Shown here: positions 13,098-24,924 of the stretch, one piece after another
Position numbering within the stretch: the first letter of the stretch is position 1
Layout: each line of letters starts with the position of its first letter
DNA from: Massalongia carnosa
Taxonomy: Eukaryota
Reading direction: 5' to 3'
Assembly (NCBI GenBank): GCA_965645245.1
Contig: OZ287072.1
Coordinates: 2,232,001-2,296,000, forward strand
Length of the DNA: 64,000 nt
Translations under genes and position numbers: made by a program
Notes under the pieces: model-generated
Told to the model about the DNA's origin: nothing
Databases searched by the model: none
What the model saw: the letters and a program-made list of their open reading frames with translations, nothing else

Positions 13098-13788
13098 TTC
13101 CCCTACCTTTTCGCTGCCTCCTAAGAGTTGTATGTGTGTATGTAGTCTTCGTGATCTTCTTGCTTGTGAAGGGCAGAGAGGGGCGCAGCGTCCATTGCGG
13201 TGGTGGAATTTGCTTGACGGCAGTGAAGGTAAGTCAAGATGGAGATGAGGTCGTGCATTTTGCGCTTTGGGTTTGTGTCTTAGCGAGGTCTGTAGGGCTG
13301 AGCCAAATGGGGCTTGACATGATGAGAGGAGGAAGAATGGCCGACCTATTATTCCTAAACGGGAGAGGGGGGGGATTCTTGATTGTTGGTTTTGCTGGCA
13401 TTTCGCGAATTGTTTGTTCGTTTGTTCGTTCCGCTTCTCTTTCTCATTTGGGGGGGAGGGGTCCCGCCATGAGAAGGAGGAAGGGACAATGGAAATTAGA
13501 AGGAAAAGACGGACGGAAGAAGGAAAGGAAGTATGGAAGGGAGAAGGGGATGATTCCCGATAACTCCTGCGGGGAATTTCCGTTTGGGACAAGAAAAGAA
13601 ATCGCGAAGTCTCTTTTTTAACGGGTTGGAAAACGAATTCTAGTGTGAAGATATCCATTCCCTGATGTAATGAATCTCCTTCGTAGATCTCTCCAAAGGT
13701 GTACATACCTACATAGAAGACGACGATGAGGAAAATGCCACGGAAAAGGAAGAATAGAAGTCTGTTATAAAAAAGAAATAAACCTCAG

Positions 13789-14740
13789 TCAAAATCTCGG
13801 GAGTCGTCGCTGGAACCTCAGCCAGACGAAATAATACAACGCGCCAAACGCCATCCCGCCTAGATGCCCCGCGTGCCCCAAGCTCGGCAGCCACCCCTCC
13901 CTCATCGCCACAACGCTCAACACCACCGTGGCGGCCATGACGCGCCAGATGGGAAACGTCATCGGCAACGGAAACACGCTCACGGGGGCCCGGGGCGCCA
14001 AGCACGCCGACATGGTCATGAAGGCGAACAGGCTCCCCGACGCGCCCACGCCGCGGCTCTCCTCCCGCCACAGCAGGCCCGCGCCCGCGCACGCCACGGC
14101 CCCGCCCAACCAGCCGATCAGGAACGCTGGCGCGCCGAAGTGGGTCACAATCCCGGGGCCGAAGCTCAGCAGGCCGAGGAAGTTGAGCGAGAGGTGTAGC
14201 GGCGCCTGGTGCATGAAGCTGTACGTCAGCCCGGTCCACCAGCGGCCTGCGCGCAGGTTGGCCGCGCTGACCACCAGGTTCTCCTGCACCACGGTCCACG
14301 GTTTGCTATTTCCGTGCCGCTGGAGTTGCTCGTGCGCCCAGGTTTGGTACAGGAAGACGGCGAGGCAGAGGCCCGCAGCGGTCCAGATGAGGATTTGGGG
14401 CCGGAGCCGGTGCCAGCGGGGATATATGGGTGGGCGGCTTGTGGGAAGGGGGGGAGGATACGCGTCGGAGGGAAGTGGTGATTGGAGGGAGGATGAGTTG
14501 GGGTTAGGATTAGGTCGGCGGGGGCGTGGGATGATGGTCTGCAATAGGATTGTGAGTGTGGAGATATTTCGTTCAATGGGGTGAACGGGTCGTAGGTACC
14601 TTGGGGCTTCGCCAAGGAGCTCGAGCCAGAAGTGGGTGAGTGGAAAATTGTTGCTGATTCAGTGGCTTGCTACATAGGAGTTGTGGTCGTAGTCCTGCTG
14701 GAGACAGAAGTCGACGCACGGGGAGGGAGGGGAAGACCAT
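13789..14740 (-). CDS. Rhomboid-family intramembrane serine protease, probably mitochondrial; intron 14599-14539
   Basis: Motifs SFMHQAPLHLSLN, GASG (catalytic Ser) and HAGHLGG (catalytic His); several TM helices; Arg/Ser/Leu-rich N-terminal exon resembling a presequence; in-frame phase-0 intron. Confidence 0.85.
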
Positions 14741-15459
14741 TGTGAGTCTCGGAATGTAGATCACATGGATAGGTTCTAGGTACCCGAATCCTTTGATTGG
14801 GGATTCGATGGAGGGTTTTTTGGGCTAGGCCGATTGTTCTCGAGCGTCTTCAAAATTAAGATGTGATGTGTAATTTCTCTTGCATGCGGTTGGTAAACCC
14901 TTTCCGAAAGATTGTTCGATTCTGGAACGGAACGGGACAGCTGCGGACGCTATTTAGTTAGCTCATCAGTTATCTAGCAGGGATAATGATCTTCTTAAAT
15001 CTAATCTCATCCAACAATCGTATTCACAACGTCTTGGAAGAAAGACATTTTTTGGGGATAAAACGGGGTTTTTTCCCCCACTTCTGAAAGTTTTATTAAC
15101 TTCTAGCTAATTCCAATTCGAACCTCAAGTCTATCTAAAACAAAACCTACTTCTCTCCGAGCCATCGTTTATCCTCTTCTGGAAAAACCTCTAGTCTAAA
15201 TCCCCCTTTCCAGTCTGAGCTTGAAACCAGTTACAAAATAAAACAATGAGAAGGTGCTATTGCTCTGTGTCCACGTCGCTGTCGTAAATAACTAAGCCCT
15301 TGAATAAGCCACCATGCTCCTCCATAAGTCTGACTCCCTATCCGTGGTTGCTTCGTACTCCGCCAAAATCATTTCGATAAGTCCTCTGTTCCTCTGTTCC
15401 TTGCGCGATCTTCTGTTCCGCACCTCTATCACTCAAGAGACATCCGTGAAGCACAGAGA

Positions 15460-16137
15460 CTAGCTCTTGCTGGCTATGGCTTGACAGGGGAAGGTGTCCC
15501 TTGGGATATGATCGGACTCCGTGTTTTCGGAGGGGACCGTCTCCTCTGTGGCATGAAGGTTGCGATTCGCGATCGGGGAGCAGTAGTAGTAGCTGGGGCA
15601 TGCTGTGCGTGTGACTTCACATGGAATAAGTACCCATCCGTAATCCGTATTTTCAGAGGGGCTCGTTTCCTCTGTGGCTGGAAGGTCACGGTTCGCGTTC
15701 GGGAAGTGGTCGCAGTAGCCGGAGAATTGCGTGTGTATAACCTTACATGGAAGAGATGTCCATCCGTACTCCATGTTTTCAGAGGTGTCCATTTCCTCGA
15801 TAGCTTGAAGTTCGCGCTTCGAGAAATGATCGCAGTAGGCGGAGAATTTTGTGTGTGTAACCTTACTAGGGATAATTGTCCGTTCACTCAGCATAGACTT
15901 CATGTTTTCAGAAGGGGCCGTTACCGTCAAGGCAGATGCTTGATCATGACTCGAGTCTTGAGAGAGCCCAGCAGAGGGGTTGGATGGGCTTTTCAGCATG
16001 GCTTGATTGGCCAAGGTTAAGTGCCGAGCGTGGCTAAACAGGTCCCGGTTGTACCAGTAGTTTACTACCGCCGGGTCTTTAAGATAGAAGCTTTTCGTGG
16101 GATCTGCGAAAGGGTCCGTTTCTCCGTAGTTAACCAT
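15460..16137 (-). CDS. Hypothetical protein with about 3.5 imperfect ~40-aa internal repeats
   Basis: ATG-initiated 225-aa ORF; unit approximately SEN.EYGW..LPCKV.HT.FS.YCDHF..ANR.L.A.EE. No recognised family. Confidence 0.45.
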   Translation of the reverse strand: MVNYGETDPFADPTKSFYLKDPAVVNYWYNRDLFSHARHLTLANQAMLKSPSNPSAGLSQDSSHDQASALTVTAPSENMKSMLSERTIIPSKVTHTKFSAYCDHFSKRELQAIEEMDTSENMEYGWTSLPCKVIHTQFSGYCDHFPNANRDLPATEETSPSENTDYGWVLIPCEVTRTACPSYYYCSPIANRNLHATEETVPSENTESDHIPRDTFPCQAIASKS

Positions 16138-17429
16138 AATAACTGGGTTTATGTAAGGGGGTTACTTGAAGCGATAGAGTGGAATTGTTTTGGTGGATGG
16201 TGATTGGTTGACTTTTGTAGGGGTTTCAGTATTATCTGCTATGGTTGAATGTAAGCTTGTTGAGGGTTGAGGCGAATTGAAGATAAAGGAACTCGAATAT
16301 TTATAATGTTCTGCGAGGACTAGACTAAAGGGATGATTCTTTCCAAGTGATGATAAGGGACCACTATGAATGATAATGTCCTTGTTATCTGTTCGAAAAT
16401 CTTCGGTTTCGTTTTCTCCTTTGTGAATAGCCTGTGTTCAACAGTCCTTCGTTCTTGGGGTGTTTTGGATAAAAGTTCCTTATTACTTTATGAGTATTTT
16501 TACATTTTCAAATCAATATTTTAGCCTAAGTACTCTCGTATACTCATGGATAAAGAGCTTAAGCTAATATTCCCTAGTCCAGAGCTCCCCGGGTTTTCCT
16601 AAACGCTTTAGCAGGGTCAACTGTTTGACTCCGAGTCGTTATGACAGATCGAAAGGCCCAAGTAGTTGGGTCCAAGCAACTTGTCTTCGCAATGCAAATG
16701 TATCGGATGACTGGGAACTTTCCTCGTCGTACTCCTTCGATAAGTTTAGGTCCTTAAGGAGGAAAAGATTGTCGATGACAGCGAGACGGTGCAACACGAA
16801 GCACTGCTTGCCATTGCAAAAAATGCCTGGTAACGCATTTCTAGATGCTGATATGGCTTCAAAGTAAGCCTTGCTTCAGCTGCTTAGCTAGCTGCGCACA
16901 TCGCAGTTCACCTATCAGGGATACGATGTCTTCCTTCTCAGTTTTAATCTTCATGTAGATTTTAGCGAGGTCCTTGTCGATCGATTTGGTTTGCAGGTAA
17001 TGAGAAGCTTAAGGTTGAGACGTTTCACCCAAACCAAACGCCTTTCCAACTTTGATTACCTTTTCTCCTAATTCGCAGAATTCGTGTTTATTCAACTGAT
17101 ATGTTGTCTTTGTAAATGTTCACCATTGATGAACCAAGAAAATTTGAAATTTTAAAGTACGTTTACACTTTCAAGTTCCTTAAATAGAGCCACTGGTGCA
17201 AAATGAATATTCAGTGATGTTGGGATTCTTTCCACCTACTTTCCAGTCCTGAAGAGAGAGCGTTGGTTCTTTATGGGAATGAGGTAAATGGATGAAGATC
17301 TGTTCGAACTCCAGTGGACACAGGATATGATAATGAAATGACGAAACTAATGACCAAACCGACCTTATATGTGGCGCACCAGATAGATCAAAATTTGAGG
17401 TTAGATATAAGTTAGAAATGAAGATGTAG

Positions 17430-18640
17430 ACCAATGCTTCAATGTCGTAAGAATATATGCAATCTTCTCTCTTCTGATGGTAAAGTACTTCCGAAGCTCC
17501 AATTTGTATCCTCTCGACAACGCCTCACAGGGAAGAGCTCTTCCCGACAGGTCTTGAACGATTTGCAATTACTTTACATATGAAGTTCCGTTCAACCCGC
17601 ATGCTTCTACACCATACTATTGCTATGCCAGGCTTATGCGATTAGCCCTGACATCGAATAATCTTTATTTATCCGCCAGGTCTTGGCCGAGCTCTTTGAG
17701 AACGCAGAACCTCACAAGAAATTACAACGGAGAGATATCACAGAGCCTATTGTGTTGACTACCGTTCATCCCCAACAAAGGATTGGAAGCACAACTTTTC
17801 TTTGGAAAAATAGCATAGATCTCGTAGCATAGGCTGTTCCAAAAGATTAGAATCGTAAGCCAAAGCAAATCATCACGACCTCAGCCCCTCGACCAGCCCC
17901 TATAGCAATGGTTATGGTTTTGCTTGCGGGCGCTTGGCACACGCTCAGATTGAAAAGGTGCTGATTTTGGGTTTGTATGACAGGTTCGCACCTGCCTTTG
18001 GCCCTGAGCTAAAGTAAGCATGGTGGAAATATCGAAAAGAACGTCAAATAGCTTCGGTTTCGTAGAAGCTTCGTGTTACTGCACCGCATCATGAAGAAAT
18101 AGAACTTGTAGAAAAACCCTAGAGCCTTATAGAGCATGCCTTTACTATCCCCTCCACTATGAGTCGATAATATCCCCAGGCTCGAAACTAATCATTCTGG
18201 CAGAAGGGCCTTGCGGGGTACAAGCCTCAATTTCCTTGAAATTGCCGCGCCTCCGGTAAAAAAACTCCAATGAAAGATGTCGTTGTACGACCAATGGATT
18301 AATTGATTTCTCAATAGCAAATAGAGCCGCTGTTTCCTGTGAGGGTATTTAATAGAAAATAATTAGGAGAACATCATTGTTCGTCTGGCCACAGCGCTTA
18401 GAATTACTGAAGTTGGGCCTTGTTTGATAGCAATAAAAGAACATAGTCTTTAGAAGACACCCCGAATTACGCATTCTGTCAGCAAGTGCCCCAAAAATTC
18501 AAGAGGCCATTGTTGATGCTATCTTGGAGGCATGGGACTACATAACGGAGGCGTTTTTGGAAAGTTTAATGCGGTCAATGCCCTCGTCGAGTGCAAGCAG
18601 TCCTGAATGCAAATGGAGGTTATACTAAACATTAGTTATA
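17430..18640 (+). mobile_element. Degenerate Tc1/mariner-type DNA transposon (transposase relic)
   Basis: 18510-18635 translates, with one frameshift, as DAILEAWDYITEAFLESLMRSMP-RVQAVLNANGGYTKH*, the typical Tc1 transposase C-terminus. Upstream sequence is full of stops. No TIR pair found and the 5' limit is a guess. Confidence 0.65.
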
Positions 18641-19367
18641 TGTAAACAAATAATCGCATCATTTTACTGAAACGTTGATTTTGTAACAGCAACAATAGAT
18701 AATTCATACTGCTATGAAATTCGTTTAAATTCGCCTATCCGGACACTAACGACCACCGACCTACCATAATAGTTTTCAAAGAAGTTTATCATTGGCGTCA
18801 GTCCGTTTTGATGCAGCGGGAACTAACACACAGTAATGGGTGCCACGCTATGGATCTCCGATGGTACATACGTCATCTATCCAATTCCAATTCCAGCTCC
18901 AAATTTCCCCTGCATCGGTCGCACGGTTAACTCAAGGTACTCGTACGAGCACCTGAATGAGCGCTTATGTACTCATGTATGTACAGTAACTACTGATAAG
19001 ATGAACAATTGACGGCATATTGCCGAGATAACTACGGAGGTGACTGCTAATAGCAACCTACAGGGCTGATCTAAATAGAGCTAATGGGACTAAGCGAGTA
19101 GAACTATTCCAACAACTACCACAGCCGATTACTTAGTATTCAGCGCATCGATAGCTAGCCAGCCACGTAGCTGTAAACTGCTTGCGGCGAAGACGTCCAT
19201 TTGCTCAACAGTGTATAAAGCTTCGTTAGCCTCCATTGGATTGGGTAGCTAGCCTAGGCATGTCGGGGCTGAGAGGGACCTGGTTGGGTATTGGACATGC
19301 TGGGTTGGGAAAGGCGTGAAGGTGGAGGAGATGCGGTGATGGTGGTAAGGTCTATTTTTGTGTTTTT

Positions 19368-19403
19368 GGGGAAGGGGAAGGGGAAGGGGAAGGGGAAGGG
19401 GAA
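19368..19403. repeat. (GGGGAA)6 microsatellite
   Basis: Six perfect copies, ending 27 bp upstream of the ATG at 19431. Confidence 0.95.
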
Positions 19404-19430
19404 TGAGATGGTAGTAGCCCTATCATCACC

Positions 19431-20070
19431 ATGAAGTCCTTCATCTCCGTCACTAGCCTCTTTCTCTCTATCCTTACCACTGCTCTCCCTGCAATCGCGT
19501 TGCCGGCACTATATGTTACCAGCAATCTCGGTGCTGCGCTGGAGCCTAGGGTACTGAAATGACTCTATGTTTTCGAGGTAAGTCCTGTTCAAACCCTCAC
19601 CACCGCGCTGTTCCAAAAGGTACTAAATCGGTGCTTTGCAGGTCAGGCACGGAACGACCCCTGGCGACGAGCTGGTCCGAAGCATGAAAGAACTCAACGG
19701 AAAGCCGAGCGACCTCAATCACGGTTTCGGCGGCTAGTAAGTTTCCACCTCTAACAGTTCACTCTCGCTTCATTTTCCCAGCGCTAACCTCGAAACCAAA
19801 ACCAGCTGTATCTGGCTAGAAATTCCCCGCACCAATAATACATACGATAATGCAATCTGTGACAAATACTCCGTACTTCCCCGCGAGGCGCCACGTTTTG
19901 ACGGATGTGGCCCTGTGGCGCGCGCCGGAGGGAACGAATGTACCGCCAACGTTGTGGAAATACATTTCTGCCAATCTGAACGAGGGGAGGGAAGGGGATT
20001 GTTGGTATATTGTCAGTCGATAATTGCGAGGGCTTCCACAGTGTTGCAAGGAGGATTTTGGAGTGATTAA
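19431..20070 (+). pseudogene. Small secreted Cys-containing protein (~168 codons, 3 exons) with one premature stop
   Basis: Signal peptide MKSFISVTSLFLSILTTALPAIA; GTAAGT...CAG introns at 19578-19641 and 19737-19805; spliced frame open to TAA 20068-20070 apart from TGA 19560-19562; six Cys in exon 3. Confidence 0.65.
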
Positions 20071-21345
20071 GTTTTGCGCGCTGGTTCTTGTCCTTTTGCT
20101 TGGAAGCTGTTCAGGGTCTTCGGTTGGGGTACTTGGATTTCTCCACCTCCGTTAACAAAAACACTGTATTGAGCGTGGCAACCTACTTTGTCCGCAGGTG
20201 CTATTCTTTGCGAATAGAGAAAAGCTGCTGTAGGTCGCGACGCCTGGTAAATTCTATGCATCAATCAGTTTTTTTGATAACATGGATTTCGTGAAGTAAC
20301 TTATGGCGTAACTGCTTTCGCAATGAAGTAAAACTGAGGTCAGAAATTGGGTTCTTCAGAAATAGTGATATGGACTCGTCATCAGAAGTTCGATGTGGAA
20401 GCGGTGCGACTTCACGCTGTCTAAACGTCGACTGTCCTAAAGAACAATGAACCCACGGAGAACTACTTTAAAACTATCGTCCGCCCATGGCCTGATAAGT
20501 TCAACCCACTGCCCATCCCCAAAAGAATATATATATCCGGAGCCTAAGAGTAAAGGAGCTTTCTCCTGAATTAGGTTGTGATGCTATCGCCTGGGCAGGA
20601 ATCCCCTCAACAATGTAAGTCTGACCGAAACCGCTTTGTATAGATTTATTTCACCTAAGGATGAGCATAATGAATCAAGAGAAACGTAACGGCTCTTTCA
20701 AAGAGTCGGCTCTAAATAAACAAGTGTTTTGTTTTTGCTAATAGTAGCGTTTTCATCGCTATGGCCGGAAAGTTGATTGTTAAATAACCAGGACTCTGTA
20801 TTAAAATCATCCTTCTGATATATTTCTTACTCGGTCTCTTCTACCCGTTGTTCTAGAAAGAGCTAATATCTTCTAGCTTTCTCGGGTCGCGTTTTGACAG
20901 TATGCAGGCACAGGGAAATCCCAGTGGCTCTTAGTGCATCCTAATTATAGCTTTTGATCTTGAAGTTACGAATTGATCTATCAGATGAAAGAGATTAGAA
21001 ACCACTTCCAATTTAATCTCAATAGAATCATAACAGACCGGTAGTGCTAACGAGACAATCTGAAAGAGAGATGCATGTGAAAAATACTGTATGTAGTAAG
21101 CCTCAGATACCTCGAGTCTGAGGCAAGAATGCCAAACTTTCGCAAAAGAGATCTAGTTCCATATAGTTTTGACATGTGAAAATCCTACAATATATAGTCT
21201 TCTTCCTTCAAGTGGTTACCTTTCTTCCTCTATTAAACCTCCTTAGTACTAAAATAATTCTAATTCGGACTTAGAAATCTTTACATCCTATTAATAAAAA
21301 CATAATAGAGCATAGACCTTGTCTTGGTCATACCTCAAAGCAATC

Positions 21346-21951
21346 ATGCCCGTCAGTTGGAGTGTAATTGTCAGGGAGCCGGGTGTCGAGAGTATAAGTT
21401 GGAATATATTGATTATCTCTTGGTTATCTCTCATCATCCACCTCTTCTGGTCGCGCTTGGTGCACCTAACACGCCTCGGAGATATTCTGCCAGATCAGAC
21501 ATGGATTATAAACAAAATGCCAATCTGGACAAGCGACATCATTGCTGGCCTCGCGCTGACATTCGGTTGGGATTATGGGTATAACGAATACTATTCGAAT
21601 CATCGCACTCGACGTGGGGGCCAAAGGACTAGAAACTCCGACAATCCAGCCCGAGAAGACGCACAGCGTCTTCGGATCCAGTTGATCCATTTTGCGCCAC
21701 TTCTCAGTATCTCCACAGATCTCGTCTGGGGATGGCAGTCGCTGGTGCATCAAACATGGCTAGACCTAGGAGAACTCAAGGATAACACCGATTATCAGAG
21801 AACGGATTCTATCGCGGCGATCATTGTATTCACTGGCGTTTTGGGCCTGTTCTTGAGCTGTCTATGGGTACCCTTTTCTATTAAAGTGTGGAAGTACTCG
21901 ATTCAAAGCCGGAAAGATAAAACTTATGGAGAAGTGAGCGGCGAAGCGTAG
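21346..21951 (+). CDS. Hypothetical membrane protein (about 4 hydrophobic segments)
   Basis: ~200-aa ORF in an AT-rich context, Trp-rich, with TM-like stretches; no family recognised. Confidence 0.45.
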   Translation: MPVSWSVIVREPGVESISWNILIISWLSLIIHLFWSRLVHLTRLGDILPDQTWIINKMPIWTSDIIAGLALTFGWDYGYNEYYSNHRTRRGGQRTRNSDNPAREDAQRLRIQLIHFAPLLSISTDLVWGWQSLVHQTWLDLGELKDNTDYQRTDSIAAIIVFTGVLGLFLSCLWVPFSIKVWKYSIQSRKDKTYGEVSGEA

Positions 21952-22809
21952 TTTCGTCTGGTGTGATGGTTGGGGCGCCGGAAAATCTATTAAGGGATAG
22001 AAATCCGCTGTGCTATTTTTTGATGTACGGAAGGTGGGTTGGAGGTCAGAAAAAAAGAAGTAGATCTACTTGGAAGACTAGTGGAGCCGTCTGGGGTGAG
22101 AAAAACAAGGCATCCTGCACAGATCAATTAATTATGATATCTGGTTCAGAGCCTAGTAGTTAAGCTGTTCTAATGCACTTCTTAACCAGTGAACGGATTC
22201 GTTTCCGCGTCCTCTTCGATCGTACCAGCTTTTGAGTAAAGTATGCTTGGAAGCCACTTAGATTCCAAAACATTGCATAGCCCAAAAAGCACCGATTTCT
22301 TTGGTGTTCGAATTTTGCCGACATAACGGTACGCATGTTCTCTTCTCATTGCGGTCGCTAGGATGATCTTCAAAGTCGCGAACTAGAACCATATTTTTTT
22401 ACGAACCTTGACACCTACCATCTCTAAACATGATCAACGTAAAACTGGCACCTTTGCGGTAAAGCATCAACGTACAATTTTCGGCCATCATTGTGTAGTT
22501 AGATCCAGGGATTTGGTAGCTAAAATATCTGTTTGTTCTCTCCTTAAGAAACATATAAAAGAGATCTGATTAAGTGTTAGTTTAGTTGAAATCACTGTCT
22601 GCCACAATTTGGTGTCCATAAGAGAGGACCAGCTATCTTTGCATAAAAATAGCCCAGCGAGCCTTTCACCGATAGCTTCCCTTGCAGACTTAGTCTCTTA
22701 TTCTCAGCCTGCCACTCTCGACTATTGTGTTCATATCTTCAAAATTGCAATTCACCGTGGAGTGCAGGTAGCCTAAAGCGCAATCTTCGAATCTGGTAGA
22801 TCAACCAAG

Positions 22810-23724
22810 ATGGAAAAAAAACCAAATCCTGCGAGCTGTAAATCAAAGGACATAGAAAGCCCGGTAGTGCAGTTAGAATTACCAGAATATCTGCGAAGCA
22901 GGCTTTCGTTCAATGCCATAGCGATGTGGAATCCATCGTTGCCGCTAACAGTTAACTTCAATCGTTTGATATCTGCAGGATTGTTGGGCCAAGGTGCTGG
23001 GCCGGAGGTAAGATTAAGCAATAATCCGGATACAAGCAAGGCCATAGAATGTCTAAGCGATAGTCTTAATGAATTCAGCAAGGAATGCTTAGAGGACCAG
23101 CCGGACTTTGCTCATCCATCCATTACCACATTTGTCCTCCACTGGATAAAGCGGTACATCTACCTCCTCTTTCGCGAAGGACCTGAAATCGCATCGAAGA
23201 TGTATCTTCGTCTTGAAACGGCTATACGTTGTCAGACGACAACTATCGAGAAATTAGCTATTCATGGATTAGAGCTGGATGGCTTGAAGTTTTCGGTGCC
23301 ATGGGAAGCCCCAAAGCTAACCGTTGCATTGGTGCTTGTCCTAGCAGTCCCAGCCGACCAGGCATTGAAGACGCTGAGTGTGTACACACGAAGCCTTGGA
23401 GCGGGCCCAATTCCCCTTGACATAATCCAGAACACACCATCACAATCTCTTAAAGCTGCCATGAATAAAGCACAGTTCAAGGCGTGCGGGGAGTTAGAAA
23501 CTGACCCCATCAACTCGTTCTACCTGTCCGAGCCTTACCCGCCGCCGCTGACGACCACAATTCTGGGCGTTCAACTGGTGGATGTTGGCTACCAAAAAGC
23601 CTGCTTGTACAACCGGGAATTCGCAGAAACTCTTATGTCATTCTCGCACTCATTCGTAATTGGAGCCGAGCCGAGAGGGTTTGTGGTGTGGCAAGGGGAG
23701 GCTCGGGAGGCTACAGCCTGCTAG
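22810..23724 (+). CDS. Hypothetical protein (304 aa)
   Basis: Long ATG-initiated ORF with globular composition; no motif recognised; possible unrecognised 3' splicing. Confidence 0.5.
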   Translation: MEKKPNPASCKSKDIESPVVQLELPEYLRSRLSFNAIAMWNPSLPLTVNFNRLISAGLLGQGAGPEVRLSNNPDTSKAIECLSDSLNEFSKECLEDQPDFAHPSITTFVLHWIKRYIYLLFREGPEIASKMYLRLETAIRCQTTTIEKLAIHGLELDGLKFSVPWEAPKLTVALVLVLAVPADQALKTLSVYTRSLGAGPIPLDIIQNTPSQSLKAAMNKAQFKACGELETDPINSFYLSEPYPPPLTTTILGVQLVDVGYQKACLYNREFAETLMSFSHSFVIGAEPRGFVVWQGEAREATAC

Positions 23725-24823
23725 AGTACATGAATCGGGGCGGCGACCGATTGAGACCTTGGGTGGAAGCAGCTCAGTTTGTACGAGACTTTGAACAAAT
23801 CGCAGTAGCACGAGTGAGTTTGATAACTCGGTGGACAAGGACTATCTGACAGCTCTCCAGGGCAGTTGGAATTCAAAGAAATTTAAATGGTACAAGCGAT
23901 GTTTTGAAATTGATCTCAAGACGCTGGGGGAGAAGAAAAAGCCGTCCATAGAGTATGAGGCTTGGGTTAAGATTCATGAAGTTGAGGATGTAAGCTAGAA
24001 GATATTGCGAACTTCACCTGGATGTGAACCTGGTGCGGCCTGTTTCCTTTGACTTGCTTGGGTATTTGAAAATGAGAGCCTTCTCACAACCAGACATCAG
24101 ACTGATCGAGCTCTATATCTCAAAGCCACAGGGAACATAATATAGGATATATCTCTTAGAGAGGAAAGAAACAGGGACTGTTGTAGGTTGGAAGGGTATG
24201 ACGTACATTCCAAAGGTTCATGACTAACGTTAAGTAGGTAGCGTGGATGAGACAAGACGACATCTCATCCAAAAATTAGATCTAGACATAGGATAAAATG
24301 GCATCGAGGCCCAGAATAATAATTTGAAGCCAAAATTTCTTCATCTTGATGAGGGTGATTTCATCTTCAATAGATATGCCGCTAACAAGCTAGAGCTATT
24401 TGCACACCAGCGTTGCCGTTTACTTTTAACCCGTCGGAATTTGTTCCCTCTTGATGTAATTCATTTCCTAGAAGCATACATACTAGAATTTGGCTCGAGT
24501 ATATATACTATGTATGAGTCCTTCTTCTGCCTCTTCCTATTTATTGTAATTGATGATTTATGTATACTGTAAGAAGGTTTAAATCCATTCATTATTGATC
24601 TATCTTTTTCATATCATTTGCTTTTTGCAGCTTATATGATTTAAATCTTATTTACGCTCCATATGTTATAAATGAAGAAGATCTTGCAGTATAAGTCATC
24701 TCTAACTAAGAGAGAAGAGGGATGGATGGAGGAGGATGGATGATGATGGGGTTGGTTGAAGAAGAAAGAGAGGCTCTGAAAAAGGGAAAGAAAGAAAAAA
24801 TAAAACCGAATTGGTTGGACGTT

Positions 24824-24924
24824 GCGAGGAGCGAGGGTCGGTCGAACCCTCGACCTCCAAATGGCAAAATAGGACGCCGTAGCCCCAACGAAGCCGGCCC
24901 GAGTAGAACCGACCAGTCACCTCA
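24824..24924 (-). pseudogene. tRNA-like degenerate sequence
   Basis: Minus strand has GAGGTC-GAGGG-TTCGACCGA-CCCTC (T-arm-like stem with an enlarged loop), partial acceptor pairing TGAGGTG/CTCCTCG, and downstream T-runs. D-arm and anticodon arm are not resolvable. Confidence 0.3.

Noticed and set aside
12349..13706. Long overlapping ORFs of 235-247 aa around RPS27
   Set aside because: They arise from purine/pyrimidine-skewed low-complexity intron and promoter sequence; only the RPS27 exons are recognisable.
13709..14615. Several alternative ORFs overlapping the rhomboid gene
   Set aside because: GC-rich shadow frames of a well-supported gene.
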